Shown here piece by piece: positions 15,462 to 26,354 of a DNA stretch of 64,000 nt. Each line of letters starts with the position of its first letter. The first letter of the stretch is position 1. Source of the DNA: Escherichia phage OLB145; sequence record MH992123.1; one strand, 5' to 3'. Made by a program: the position numbers and the translations under genes. The notes under the pieces are model-generated. The model was not told the origin of the DNA. It saw only the letters and a list, made by a program, of their open reading frames with translations, and made no database searches.

Positions 15462-17987
15462 ATGCAAGTAGCTGACTCTACTGAACTGACCACATCAGCA
15501 ACGTTGGGTGCTCAAGATGCTATGGCCTTCGGTATTTCTGAAGACCCAGCATTCTTCCAAATACTCAGTGCTAACCTCTATTCTAATCAGAAACTGGCAA
15601 TGGTGCGTGAGACATTGTGCAATAGCTGGGATGCTCATATTGAGGGGAATAAAACAGATATTCCTATCCATGTAACCATTGATAAAGATGGTTTCCTTAT
15701 CTTCCGTGACTATGGTTCTGGTATTCCTAAAGATAAGATTCAAGAGGTCTATGGGGTATATGGTGCATCTACCAAGAAAGCTAATACTGCTTCCACTGGT
15801 GGCTTTGGCTTAGGATGTAAATCCCCTATGGCCTATACAGACAGTTTTACTGTCACATCTATGTGTGACGGAACCAAGACTGTCTATCACATTGCTAAAT
15901 CTTCTGTTGAGACTAACGGTAAACCAGGGATTATTCCTATCGTTAGCGTACCTACTGAAGAATCTGGGCTTGAAGTTAAAATTCAGCTTCAGTCAGAAGA
16001 TATTTTAGAAATTGATTCATATATTCGAGCCATTGTATTACATGGTGAGATTAAATGTATTTACTACAATCAGTATACAGGACCAAATACAGTAGAATTA
16101 CTGCCTGTACTGGGTATGTCTTTTGAACCAGGTAGCTATACCCTAGACCATAGCACATGGCATAAATATTACATGGGCAGTCATTCAATATTTATCCGTT
16201 ATGGTAATGTTATGTACCCTGCTTTGGATACTCCTGCTACGCATGAAGCATTAAAACTGGTTAAACAGTTTATGCAGGTTATTAACTGTAGCCGTATCGT
16301 TGTTCAAGCTGCCCCATCATCACTAGCTGTAGCACCTAGCCGTGAAACACTGTCATCTCAAAAAATGACCGAAGACGGTATCGTAAATTTAGCTGTAGCT
16401 TTAGTAGATAAAATGGAAGCAGATATTAAAGCTCGTCTTCCAAATGCTATTGAATATATTGGGAAGGCTATTAAAGAATATAGTCCTCACCGTTTTGAAG
16501 TAAATAGTTATTTGCCTTACACCAATTTAGTGCCTGATGTTATTGTCAGTCGTTATATGTCTTCTACTTTATTCAGTAAGCAATATGCTCATCTGTGTAA
16601 GAAATGGGGAAATATGGAAATTGACCGTCAACTAGAACATCCTGCACTGGCTCATTTCTCTGGTTCTCAAAAAGCCCATCTCCGTAAGCATTTAAAGAGG
16701 GCTAAGGATTTACGTAATTACAGGGAATTAACTAAAGTATTTACTGATATGGCTATTAAGCCAATGTTCAAAACCTTTGCTAAATTGGGGATTACTAAAG
16801 GTATTTCCCTATTTCATTATCAATATGGTGTTGAACTGTGGCGTAATAATATTGTTAATAGTGTCCGTAGAATACACTCATTAAACTTCATGACTTATAG
16901 TTCTAAGAAGTGCCGTGTATTTGTTACCCCACGTATTACCAATATTGAAGATAGTCTGGCTGGGTATCCAGAGTTTGATAATCTTTCTACTGAGACACTG
17001 GTGAAATATAACTCAATCATTGTCAAAGTTGGAACCAAGAAAGGTGAAGCAGAAGCTATGACTAATCTGCTCACTAAAGCAGGATACGAAGTCATTAATA
17101 TGGCTGAATATCATGAGTGGGATTGTATAGCTCGCAGACGTAAAGAGGAACAAGAGGCTAAATTAGCCATTTCCAAATTACAAGCTAAGAAGGCTACTAA
17201 TAAGAAAAAGGTTAGTCCTAATCGTCTTATTAGTATGAATATCCTTGAAATACCAAAAGAGCATCGTAGCTATTCAAGTGAGGTATGTGGTTCTCACTAC
17301 GCTTCTCGTTCTCATGACCGAATGGTTGATGTAGATACTCCCCAGTATTACATCATGCAGGAAGATATTAATAACTACACAGGAAGGCTTGGTGTTCTTT
17401 CTATGTGGCAATTAACCCCTGCTACCATTAAAGCTGTAACTGTTGTTTGTCGTAATAAAATTGAACGTAATAAAGCTATTAAGCGAGGTGCTGTTCATTT
17501 GGATGAATGGACTGCTCCGTATATTGCTTCAGTTCTTACATCCAAACAATTCATTAAGTATGTCACTAAAGAACGTCAGAAAACGTTAAGTGATATTGGT
17601 ATTTACTCCAAACACCTCAGATTACTGAGAGAACTGGATATTACATATGCCCCATTGAAAGGTCTGCGTTATGACCCAGAACTGGAGAATGCTTATCTCT
17701 TCTTACAAAGTAGTAGCTACCCTAAGCTACGTGCATTGTTAGGGAAGGGTCTGATTACTGAAGAAGAGTATCACTTCCTCAGTGATGTTGATGTGCATTG
17801 CAAGACTTTCAGTAAGTACTCGGAACTTCGTAGGATACCGAAGATGTTCCTTGATATTGATGCTGGGGGTTATATGTTGGCTGCATGTACTGTAGACACA
17901 TTGCTTCGTGAAATCGAACAATTTCCTGAATCAATCCCTGCAATCAAATTGCTTGTAAAAGCTGCTCTTAAACGGAATACAGACTGA
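15462..17987 (+). CDS. rIIA: rIIA-like protein (GHKL ATPase N-terminus)
   Basis: N-terminus closely resembles T4 rIIA as recalled (FFQILSANLYSNQKLAMVRETLCNSWDAH, GGFGLGCKSPMAYTDSFTVTS). Confidence 0.8.
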   Translation: MQVADSTELTTSATLGAQDAMAFGISEDPAFFQILSANLYSNQKLAMVRETLCNSWDAHIEGNKTDIPIHVTIDKDGFLIFRDYGSGIPKDKIQEVYGVYGASTKKANTASTGGFGLGCKSPMAYTDSFTVTSMCDGTKTVYHIAKSSVETNGKPGIIPIVSVPTEESGLEVKIQLQSEDILEIDSYIRAIVLHGEIKCIYYNQYTGPNTVELLPVLGMSFEPGSYTLDHSTWHKYYMGSHSIFIRYGNVMYPALDTPATHEALKLVKQFMQVINCSRIVVQAAPSSLAVAPSRETLSSQKMTEDGIVNLAVALVDKMEADIKARLPNAIEYIGKAIKEYSPHRFEVNSYLPYTNLVPDVIVSRYMSSTLFSKQYAHLCKKWGNMEIDRQLEHPALAHFSGSQKAHLRKHLKRAKDLRNYRELTKVFTDMAIKPMFKTFAKLGITKGISLFHYQYGVELWRNNIVNSVRRIHSLNFMTYSSKKCRVFVTPRITNIEDSLAGYPEFDNLSTETLVKYNSIIVKVGTKKGEAEAMTNLLTKAGYEVINMAEYHEWDCIARRRKEEQEAKLAISKLQAKKATNKKKVSPNRLISMNILEIPKEHRSYSSEVCGSHYASRSHDRMVDVDTPQYYIMQEDINNYTGRLGVLSMWQLTPATIKAVTVVCRNKIERNKAIKRGAVHLDEWTAPYIASVLTSKQFIKYVTKERQKTLSDIGIYSKHLRLLRELDITYAPLKGLRYDPELENAYLFLQSSSYPKLRALLGKGLITEEEYHFLSDVDVHCKTFSKYSELRRIPKMFLDIDAGGYMLAACTVDTLLREIEQFPESIPAIKLLVKAALKRNTD

Positions 17988-20080
17988 TGAAACGAAATTA
18001 TCTCGCCATTATTGCCCTGTCAGTAGACAGCCGTAACCTCACCTTATGGCAACCAGATGGTTCTACTATGGTCATCCCCCAAGGGGATGCCCGTGTACCA
18101 CGTATTGTTGCTGAAGCAAAAGAAAAGAATCTTACCCCAGGTAAGATTATCGAAGTGGATGTCACTATCGAAGCTCAGATTCGTCAGGAGTTTCTGGACG
18201 CTGAACGTGATACAGGTGGCTTTGTTAAATTCTTCCGTATTACCAAGAAGAAGCTACAAGAGTTCTTCTTAGGAGAAGAAGAAGAAGAACAAGTCCCTCA
18301 TGTATCACCTGTAGAGTTAGGTGCTAAACCCACTGCTTTCAATGCTTTTATTGCTAATGCTGTGGGCAAAACTCTTGCTGTACAACATGCATCATTAAAA
18401 GCACCTGAACCAGAAATGACAGTTACTCATGAGCGTTTTTACGGTAACTATGCTGTATGGATTACAGATGTAGACCCACGGAATCATCGTATTGAGGTTA
18501 TTCATGTTATCCGTGAAATCTCAGGAAGAACCAGTGAATATGTCAATAACCTGCTGGCTCAACCAACCCCATTCAAAGTATTTGATTGGCTCACAGAGAC
18601 GCAGGCTAAAGAGTTTGTAATACGTCTGAATAACACTCAGGGTGTTATCTCTGTCTATAACAAACTGGAAGACGGTATTCCTGCTAAGGTTGCTGTAAAG
18701 GCCACAGAGCCAACCAATAAGGAAAAGCTGGAAGCTGCATCAACTAAGCTGAAAGCTATGGGTGCTATCGCTACTGATGCTTATGAGTTTCATACTGACT
18801 TGAATGAGAATGAAGAGACTATTGTAGCTGTAGTGAATGATAAGGTGGTTCCTGATGTTCAGAACCTACACCGTCACATCCGTCAATCTGCAAACCTGAA
18901 AGACTATAAAGGCTTTACTAAGTTCCTTGAACGTCTGTCTACTGTAATTGATAAACGTCGTCACTCTGTTGAAGACCTGATGAAGTTTATGGAAAAAGGT
19001 GACCTGCCCATTGCAGATGATGGCTCCATTGTTATCTTCAAACGTCTGGAAAGCAAAGACAATCCTGAACATCTCAAAGACGTAATGGATGATGTATTTG
19101 TTGATTGCCATTCTAAGAAGATTGAGCAATGCGTTGGTATGCGTGTAATGGTTAAAGAAAACCTTGTAGACCAGAACCGTCGTAAAGACTGTTCTCATGG
19201 TTTGCACGTAGCTTCTCTGCAATACATTCGTAATTTCTCAGGCAACGTAACCATTATTGGTAAAGTTGCTCCAGAGGATGTATTTGCAGTACCAGAATAC
19301 GATGTTACTAAGATGCGTGTATCTGCTTATCACATCATTACCAAGCTACCTGATGCTATTCGTGACCATGTTAATAATGGCAATCCAATCTCCACCATTG
19401 AGGGTGGTACGGAAATCCTGAACATGGTTCTCAGTGGTAATCACCCTGAACCTTCCCGTCAGGTACTGGTTGGTGGTCATTATGGGACCAATCTGATTTA
19501 TTCAGAACTCACTCGTAATTATCTGGATGATGATGAAGACAGCGTTATTCCAGATGAACCAGTAATTAAGAAAACTGCCTTGAATATGGAAGAGAGCTTT
19601 ACGGCAACTAATCCTAAAGCTGAACCAGTGAAGGCAACGGATGTTAAACCTATTAAGAAGACTAAGATGGAAATTCTTAAAGACCTTTGGAACCAGTTCC
19701 TGAAAGCAGAGACTTCTAATGAAGCTATTACGCTGGCCGATGAAATCATTGCTGCTAAGGGCAAATGTAAGAAGTCATGGGCTTCTTTAGGCTTCAGTGG
19801 TGACATGGTTCAGAAACTGATTGATGCTCGTGCTAATAAGCCTAAGCCAGAAAAAGCAGTCAAACAGGATAAAACTGTTGCACCTAAGAAAACTACAGTC
19901 ACTCGTAGTCGGAATGCTGATGTTATTCGTAGTTATCTGAATGACAAAGGTATGTCTGATTACTGTAAAGCTCATGCCATTCACGATGTGAAACGTGCTG
20001 CTAAGAAGTCTTATGCTGCACTGGGTTTGACTCCTGAAGAATGCAGCCAAATTGATAAACTGAAGCATCACCTGAAGTAA
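17987..20080 (+). CDS. rIIB: rIIB-like protein
   Basis: Start overlaps the rIIA stop (ATGA); assigned by position as the rIIA partner. Confidence 0.5.
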   Translation: MKRNYLAIIALSVDSRNLTLWQPDGSTMVIPQGDARVPRIVAEAKEKNLTPGKIIEVDVTIEAQIRQEFLDAERDTGGFVKFFRITKKKLQEFFLGEEEEEQVPHVSPVELGAKPTAFNAFIANAVGKTLAVQHASLKAPEPEMTVTHERFYGNYAVWITDVDPRNHRIEVIHVIREISGRTSEYVNNLLAQPTPFKVFDWLTETQAKEFVIRLNNTQGVISVYNKLEDGIPAKVAVKATEPTNKEKLEAASTKLKAMGAIATDAYEFHTDLNENEETIVAVVNDKVVPDVQNLHRHIRQSANLKDYKGFTKFLERLSTVIDKRRHSVEDLMKFMEKGDLPIADDGSIVIFKRLESKDNPEHLKDVMDDVFVDCHSKKIEQCVGMRVMVKENLVDQNRRKDCSHGLHVASLQYIRNFSGNVTIIGKVAPEDVFAVPEYDVTKMRVSAYHIITKLPDAIRDHVNNGNPISTIEGGTEILNMVLSGNHPEPSRQVLVGGHYGTNLIYSELTRNYLDDDEDSVIPDEPVIKKTALNMEESFTATNPKAEPVKATDVKPIKKTKMEILKDLWNQFLKAETSNEAITLADEIIAAKGKCKKSWASLGFSGDMVQKLIDARANKPKPEKAVKQDKTVAPKKTTVTRSRNADVIRSYLNDKGMSDYCKAHAIHDVKRAAKKSYAALGLTPEECSQIDKLKHHLK

Positions 20081-20147
20081 GTAGGTTAACTATTCAAGTA
20101 GCTCCGGTTGAAATATACTGGAGCTATCTTTGAAGAGGATACATACT

Positions 20148-20543
20148 ATGGCCAAAGTTTATCGTGCTAACCGTAAAGCCCATGATGACGATATTATTCG
20201 TATGAATGCAGTCGGTTTATCATTGGGAACCATTGCTAAAACACTGGGTGTTCACCCCACTACAGTTACCTTACGATTACGCTCTCTTGGTATTGAACCA
20301 GCCGACACACGTCGAACATTTATGGAGAACGTACTAGCACCATTACCTACTCACGTAGCTGATTGGTTATCAGAACAAGTAGGACCAAAATATGAGATTC
20401 GACAATACGTTCGAGACTTATTACTGGAAGCCTACAATAATCGTCATAATCATAAGGAAACTGCTCATGAACGATTCCTCAAAAGATACGTTGGTACAAA
20501 CTCAGAACTGGTTTCTGAAGGCAGTACCCAGCCCAACGAGTAA
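20148..20543 (+). CDS. Helix-turn-helix DNA-binding protein
   Basis: Track ORF 20130 starts at TTG; ATG at 20148; MNAVGLSLGTIAKTLGVHPTTVTLRLRSLG looks like an HTH. Confidence 0.45.
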   Translation: MAKVYRANRKAHDDDIIRMNAVGLSLGTIAKTLGVHPTTVTLRLRSLGIEPADTRRTFMENVLAPLPTHVADWLSEQVGPKYEIRQYVRDLLLEAYNNRHNHKETAHERFLKRYVGTNSELVSEGSTQPNE

Positions 20544-20589
20544 AAACATTAGTACCCAAATTGGTTGTCATCTGGAAGAAGTAGTTGAG

Positions 20590-20922
20590 ATGCTGGAAGA
20601 ATTGGCTCCAAATTCTGGAGAAGCATACGATACACTTCATAATGCCATTGCAGCTTTAACTGAATTGTCAGAATTAATTAAAGAAAATAATGTTTATGCA
20701 CCTAACAGCAATCGCTTAGCTATTCTGGATGCACTGGCAGACCAGATTGTTACAGCAACTGGCATCGGTACTTTCTTGGGTATGAACGTACCTGGAGCAC
20801 TCACTGAAGTGAACCGTTCTAATTATTCAAAATTTGAAGACGGTGAGCCTGTTTTCAATGAGAATAAGAAAGTAATGAAAGGTAAGGATTACACTCCGCC
20901 TGATTTAACCCCATTCATTTAA
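20590..20922 (+). CDS. Hypothetical all-alpha protein, possibly MazG-like NTP pyrophosphohydrolase (weak)
   Basis: Track ORF 20392..20922 overlaps the upstream gene; first non-overlapping ATG at 20590; E-rich helical motifs. Confidence 0.3.
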   Translation: MLEELAPNSGEAYDTLHNAIAALTELSELIKENNVYAPNSNRLAILDALADQIVTATGIGTFLGMNVPGALTEVNRSNYSKFEDGEPVFNENKKVMKGKDYTPPDLTPFI

Positions 20923-20926
20923 AAGA

Positions 20927-20950
20927 GCCGCCCATATAGGGCGGTTTTTG
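20927..20950 (+). terminator. Rho-independent terminator
   Basis: GCCGCCC-ATATA-GGGCGGT hairpin plus T5. Confidence 0.6.
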
Positions 20951-20964
20951 TATCTGGAGAACTC

Positions 20965-22284
20965 ATGTATAAAAGTACTACTAAGCTGCCACTAAATCCT
21001 GGTCAAGAGGCAGCGGCAGAAGGTTTCTTCGACTTTCTGCTCGACCCCAATGCTTCTGAACTTCGTATTAGTGGACCTGGTGGTACAGGCAAGACATTTA
21101 CAATGGCTCATATGATTGACGAGATTATGCCTCGTTATCATGAGACATGTAGTCTGATGGGAATCCCTGCCCTCTATAACGAAGTTATTATGACTGCTAC
21201 TACTAATAAGGCAGCAGAAGTATTAGCCCGTGCAACAGGACGTCCTACGTCTACCTATCATTCCTTTCAAGGTCTGACAGTACGGAATAACCTGAAGACT
21301 GGGGAAGCAGACCTGATTCCATCTAAGTCCTTCAGTATCAAAAAGAATAAGGTCATTTTTATTGATGAAGCATCAATGATTGACCGTAAACTGAAGAAGT
21401 TTATTAACGAAGGTACTCACCAAAGTAAGATTGTTTACTTAGGTGATAAATGCCAATTGTTACCTGTAAAGGAAACTTCTTCCCCTGTCTACAATGACAG
21501 TAGCATTAAAGAGTTTATGCTGACCCAGCAGATGCGTACTGATGTCCCTGAACTCCATGCACTGCATGAACAGCTTCGTGGAACCATTGAAGGTAAGCAC
21601 GGATTCCTGCCTATTAAAGCAGTTCCAGGTATTATCGACTGGATTGAAGATGGTGATGAAATGAGAAAAGAAGTCGAAGGTCATTTCATGACTAAGACTG
21701 ACACTCGTATTGTTGCCTATACCAACCAACAGGTCGTTAACTATAACACCTTCATTCGAGCCATGAATGGATTCCACGGAGAGTTCTGTATTGGCGAAGA
21801 GTTAGTAAGTAACTCTGCTATTCATATTGGTGCTGGTGACCGCCTTAGTATTGAACAGGAATGCCAGATTGTTGACCAGGATTCTGCTACTCGTAAGATT
21901 CTGATTGATTCCTCTGGTATCGAATTAGAAGTACGTGATTGCACTCTAGATACTGGTTATGGTGGTGTCTTTGAAGGTATCCCTATTCCGGTAGATATGG
22001 ATTATTTCATTCGTTTGCAAAAGTACTATGCACACCAAAAGAACTGGGAACGTCATTTCTATTTGAAAGAAACATTCCCTGAACTTCGAGCATTACATGC
22101 TTCTACTGTGCATAAGTCGCAAGGTTCTACCTACGACACCATCTTTATTGATGCTACTGATTTATCTACTTGCCGTCAGCCTGATGTAGTAGCACGTCTG
22201 CTTTATGTAGCAGTATCTCGTGCTCGTCATCGTGTTGTGTTCTATGGCTCTTTGGCAGAGAAATTAGGTGGTCTGGTTCGCTAA
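20965..22284 (+). CDS. SF1B (Dda/RecD-like) DNA helicase
   Basis: Walker A GPGGTGKT, motif II IFIDEASM, C-terminal TVHKSQGSTYD. Confidence 0.8.
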   Translation: MYKSTTKLPLNPGQEAAAEGFFDFLLDPNASELRISGPGGTGKTFTMAHMIDEIMPRYHETCSLMGIPALYNEVIMTATTNKAAEVLARATGRPTSTYHSFQGLTVRNNLKTGEADLIPSKSFSIKKNKVIFIDEASMIDRKLKKFINEGTHQSKIVYLGDKCQLLPVKETSSPVYNDSSIKEFMLTQQMRTDVPELHALHEQLRGTIEGKHGFLPIKAVPGIIDWIEDGDEMRKEVEGHFMTKTDTRIVAYTNQQVVNYNTFIRAMNGFHGEFCIGEELVSNSAIHIGAGDRLSIEQECQIVDQDSATRKILIDSSGIELEVRDCTLDTGYGGVFEGIPIPVDMDYFIRLQKYYAHQKNWERHFYLKETFPELRALHASTVHKSQGSTYDTIFIDATDLSTCRQPDVVARLLYVAVSRARHRVVFYGSLAEKLGGLVR

Positions 22285-22293
22285 GGAGAACTT

Positions 22294-22821
22294 ATGCAAC
22301 TGGGTGAAAAACAAATCCGTGAAATGACTAATAGTAGTGAACTGGTTCAGGAATTATTCTTAGCCGAGTTACGTCGGCTAGATAAAGTGCTGGATAGTAT
22401 CATTACACGTAATGGGGAAACATTCGCTGTATACAACTCAACAGGATTCCTGTATTTAGGGGAGTTCTATTCGAGTTCCCGTTCATCACAACAACCTCCT
22501 TCTGGTCATCGTCTGGCTCTAGCTAATCACCTACTGGATGATATGCGGGAGTATCTGGAACAAGCAGGTAAACTTCTGCTAGAAGTCCATATGGTAAATC
22601 AGATGGTCTTTCGTCTGGTTCAGGGCTGTAAGACTTATCAAGACGTTCGTGATGCATTGCCAGAATGCCTCATTGCTATGGATAAACAGGGTCATCTGAA
22701 ATCCTTACAGAGAACCAGAAAGGCAGCATTTACTCTGGATAATGATGCTATGGCTCTCCGTCAGTATGAGAAAATCTTGCCGATTATCGAATACTATGCG
22801 GGAACCCATCTTATCTTTTGA
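22294..22821 (+). CDS. Hypothetical protein (175 aa)
   Basis: AAGGAGA RBS, ATG start. Confidence 0.5.
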   Translation: MQLGEKQIREMTNSSELVQELFLAELRRLDKVLDSIITRNGETFAVYNSTGFLYLGEFYSSSRSSQQPPSGHRLALANHLLDDMREYLEQAGKLLLEVHMVNQMVFRLVQGCKTYQDVRDALPECLIAMDKQGHLKSLQRTRKAAFTLDNDAMALRQYEKILPIIEYYAGTHLIF

Positions 22822-22828
22822 GGTCTGT

Positions 22829-25408
22829 ATGCGTTACATTACATTCAACAATGAGGGTATCTACCCTATTGCTATCCTTACTACAACGTTACGTAAGGAT
22901 GATATTGTCAAAGCATACATGGAACCCTGGGATGTAGATAAAGATTCAGTAATGATTCTTGAACTTCATACAGCCCCAGGGAAAAAGAAAACTCCTGCTA
23001 AAGAGATGCAGGAGTTTATTACCCAAGAATTAGTGCCAGCATTCGAAGCAGCACAAACTCAGTATATCATCTGTGGTGATTCTGAATATTACAAACAGCT
23101 AACCAAACAAGGTAAAGCTGATGCCAATATTGGCTATGTAATGGATTGTGCTTATGGGAACCAGAAAGTTATTTACGTTCCCAATTACAGACAAATCTTT
23201 TATGACCCGGATAAGGTAAAGACTAAGATTGCTTTATCCATGCAGGCTCTGATTGATTATGTCTCTGGTTCTTATGTTGAGCCAGGAACTAAGATTATCC
23301 ATTATGCTGATTATCCATTAACTCCAGAAGCTATATCTAAGTGGTTAGATAAGTTACTGGAGATGAATGTTCCATTAGCAGTAGATATAGAAACCTTCAG
23401 TCTGAAGCATTATGACTGTGGTATAGGCACTATTACATTCTGTTGGAACAAGCATGAAGGGATTGCATTCCCTGTGGATTATGAACCAATTGAGGGGGCT
23501 ACTGAAGCTCCTTATGGTAGACAAGTTCACAACATGCTTGTTCGTTCTATGCTCAGGGACTTTTTTATTAAGTATCTGAACAGGCAGATGTATCACAATA
23601 TTGCCTTTGACGTATATGCACTCATTTACCAGTTATTTATGACAGACCTTCTGGATACAGAAGGGTTGTTGCATGGCATGAGTATCATGCTAAGAAACTG
23701 GGATTGCACTAAGTTAATTACCTATCTGGCTACTAACTCTTGTGCTGGTAATAAGCTAAGTCTTAAAGACCAGGCTCAAGAATATGCTGGTAACTATGCT
23801 CAAGAAGAAATCAATGACATTACCAGAATCCCATTAGCAGAGTTGTTGGAATACAACTTAGTGGATGGATTATGTACCTGGTATGTCTATGAAAAGCATT
23901 GGGATACTCTGGTTAATGACCAACAGTTAGATGTTTATACAAACATCTTTAAACCTGCATGTGAAGATATTATTCAAATGCAGTTAACTGGTATGCCTAT
24001 CAATATGAAGACAGTATTGGAGGTAGAAGAGGCATTAACCCAAGACTATAACAATGCGTTAAAAACAATTGCTGACAGTAAAGTAATCAAAGATTTTACC
24101 CGTCTTCTTAATGAAGAATGGGTAGAAAAACAAAACCAGATTCTGAAGAAGAAACGAGTAACTTTAGCTGATGCTAAAGAGCAGTTTAATCCAAACTCAG
24201 GTATTCAATTACAGAAGCTACTTTTTGAGTTTCTGGAGTTACCTGTACTGGGTTTGACTGCAAGTAAACTACCTGCTACTGGTAGTGGCATACTCAAGTC
24301 TTTGAAGAACCATACTCAAGATACCAGTATTCTGGAAATTCTTGATGCTCTGATTGATTACAAAGCTGTAGATAAAATTCTGACAGCATTTATTCCAGCA
24401 TTAAAAAATGCCAGACAAGGACCAGATGGTTGGCATTATCTCTTTGGTAATCTGAACTTAGGTGGGACTGTATCAGGCCGTCTATCCAGTAGTGAACCAA
24501 ACCTACAGAACCTACCTTCTGGTTCCAGATATGCCAAGATAATTAAAAAGTGTTTTGAGGCTCCCCCTGGATGGATATTTTGTGGGCTAGACTTTGCTTC
24601 TCTCGAAGACCGTATATCTGCTTTAACAACCAAAGACCCTAATAAACTAAAGGTGTATACCGATGGTTACGACGGGCATAGTCTTCGTGCATATGCTTAC
24701 TTCGGTGAGATGATGCCTGACATTGAAGATACGGTAGAGTCTGTTAATTCTATTCAGGAGAAGTACAAAGCATATCGTCAGGATTCTAAAGCACCTACCT
24801 TTGCTCTTACCTATCAGGGCACATACATCACTTTGATGAAGAACTGTGGTTTCCCTGAACAGAAAGCTCGAATGGTTGAGGAACGTTATCATACACTTTA
24901 TAAGGTAAGTGATGACTGGGTTCAGGCTAAACTAGACCAAGCTGCAAAAGATGGTTATGTAACCGTAGCATTTGGCCTGAGAGTCAGAACCCCCTTACTT
25001 CAACAAGTTATTCGTGGAACCAGTAAAACTCCTTATGAAGCTGAAGCTGAAGGACGTACTGCTGGTAATGCATTAGGCCAAAGTTGGTGTCTTCTGAATA
25101 ACCGTGCTGGTTCAGAGTTCATGCGTAAGGTACGGAATAGTAAGCATCGTCTTGATATTCGTCCAAGTACCCATATTCATGATGCTCAGTATTTCCTTAT
25201 CCGTGATGATATGGATGTTGTGATATATACCAATACTCATTTGGTGAAAGCAGTACAATGGCAAGACCATCCTGATATTGCCCATCCAGATGTTCATTTG
25301 GGTGGGGAACTCTCCTTATTTTACCCAACGTGGGCTAACGAGATTGAGATTCCAAACTACGCTACGCCCGAACAAGTCCATGAAGCAATCCAAAAGGCAT
25401 TTAAATGA
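22829..25408 (+). CDS. Family A DNA polymerase with 3'-5' exonuclease region
   Basis: Motif A GLDFASLEDR, motif B RQDSKAPTFALTYQG, motif C HIHDAQ; start moved to the ATG after the upstream stop. Confidence 0.85.
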   Translation: MRYITFNNEGIYPIAILTTTLRKDDIVKAYMEPWDVDKDSVMILELHTAPGKKKTPAKEMQEFITQELVPAFEAAQTQYIICGDSEYYKQLTKQGKADANIGYVMDCAYGNQKVIYVPNYRQIFYDPDKVKTKIALSMQALIDYVSGSYVEPGTKIIHYADYPLTPEAISKWLDKLLEMNVPLAVDIETFSLKHYDCGIGTITFCWNKHEGIAFPVDYEPIEGATEAPYGRQVHNMLVRSMLRDFFIKYLNRQMYHNIAFDVYALIYQLFMTDLLDTEGLLHGMSIMLRNWDCTKLITYLATNSCAGNKLSLKDQAQEYAGNYAQEEINDITRIPLAELLEYNLVDGLCTWYVYEKHWDTLVNDQQLDVYTNIFKPACEDIIQMQLTGMPINMKTVLEVEEALTQDYNNALKTIADSKVIKDFTRLLNEEWVEKQNQILKKKRVTLADAKEQFNPNSGIQLQKLLFEFLELPVLGLTASKLPATGSGILKSLKNHTQDTSILEILDALIDYKAVDKILTAFIPALKNARQGPDGWHYLFGNLNLGGTVSGRLSSSEPNLQNLPSGSRYAKIIKKCFEAPPGWIFCGLDFASLEDRISALTTKDPNKLKVYTDGYDGHSLRAYAYFGEMMPDIEDTVESVNSIQEKYKAYRQDSKAPTFALTYQGTYITLMKNCGFPEQKARMVEERYHTLYKVSDDWVQAKLDQAAKDGYVTVAFGLRVRTPLLQQVIRGTSKTPYEAEAEGRTAGNALGQSWCLLNNRAGSEFMRKVRNSKHRLDIRPSTHIHDAQYFLIRDDMDVVIYTNTHLVKAVQWQDHPDIAHPDVHLGGELSLFYPTWANEIEIPNYATPEQVHEAIQKAFK

Positions 25409-25743
25409 CCAAACAAATTGAAGAGAAAAAGCATCACTGGTTAGTAGCAGCTCAACTGACTTTTGTTATTCCTGATAACAAAGATGGTCAGGAAGGTGCT
25501 GTTATTGTTCAGAACACTATGCTGCTTACTGAAGAGAAACAGGTAACTTTCCGTGACCTGGGACGTGCTCAGTCTGCTCTATTTCAGAATCTGAATGACC
25601 GTTTTGGTCAAGTGGTAGATGTACGGGATATTGTATTCCTGAACGTCAGCTACCTGGGTCATATGAGCCAGCCTGACTTTCAGCAAAATCTGGTAACTAA
25701 AGATACTGCTGCGAAGAAAGCTAAACTGAAAGCTGTGGAGTAA
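25405..25743 (+). CDS. Hypothetical protein (112 aa)
   Basis: ATG overlapping the polymerase stop. Confidence 0.5.
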   Translation: MTKQIEEKKHHWLVAAQLTFVIPDNKDGQEGAVIVQNTMLLTEEKQVTFRDLGRAQSALFQNLNDRFGQVVDVRDIVFLNVSYLGHMSQPDFQQNLVTKDTAAKKAKLKAVE

Positions 25744-25745
25744 TC

Positions 25746-26354
25746 ATGTCTGAAAAACTATCAGGTGGTTTTAATAACTACTATCTGGTTCAGGTAACCA
25801 ACCCTCAACGTATGGAACAGCCTCCATATCAGGCCGAGTGTGAGGATATTATCCAAGCACTAAATATGACCTTTGATGAAGGGTGTCTGTTCAAGGCATT
25901 GTGGCGTAATGCTGCTGCTCGTTTAGGTAACGGTAAACCAGGTAACAATGCCGTTTATGATGCAGAGAAGATGGTTCATTATGCTAACCGTATTTTTATT
26001 AAAGAATCCGGTGGGCAGAAAAAAGAAGCAGAAGAACCAGTTTCTGAAGCTCTGAAGAAGGGTGAAGAGATTCATATGTCTCTGTCTGAATTATTCACCC
26101 TGTTAACTGGTGAAGCAGCAGAAGGTGAAGTAATGAGCCTTGCTGGTTGGCATACTCACGTACCAAACCGTTTGGGTGTTATGCCTATTGCTGTTGCAAT
26201 GAGCAAAGCAGAACAAGTTGATGTAGTACGTGCCGATGGAATGACTATTACTCATGTATTTCCTCATGAGATTGACTGGTCTGATAAGATTGCCCCCTTT
26301 GCTCGAATCACTGCATGGCGTTTCAGTAACCCATCTAAGGTCGCTTCTAAATGA
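25746..26354 (+). CDS. Hypothetical protein (202 aa)
   Basis: GGAG RBS, ATG start. Confidence 0.5.
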   Translation: MSEKLSGGFNNYYLVQVTNPQRMEQPPYQAECEDIIQALNMTFDEGCLFKALWRNAAARLGNGKPGNNAVYDAEKMVHYANRIFIKESGGQKKEAEEPVSEALKKGEEIHMSLSELFTLLTGEAAEGEVMSLAGWHTHVPNRLGVMPIAVAMSKAEQVDVVRADGMTITHVFPHEIDWSDKIAPFARITAWRFSNPSKVASK

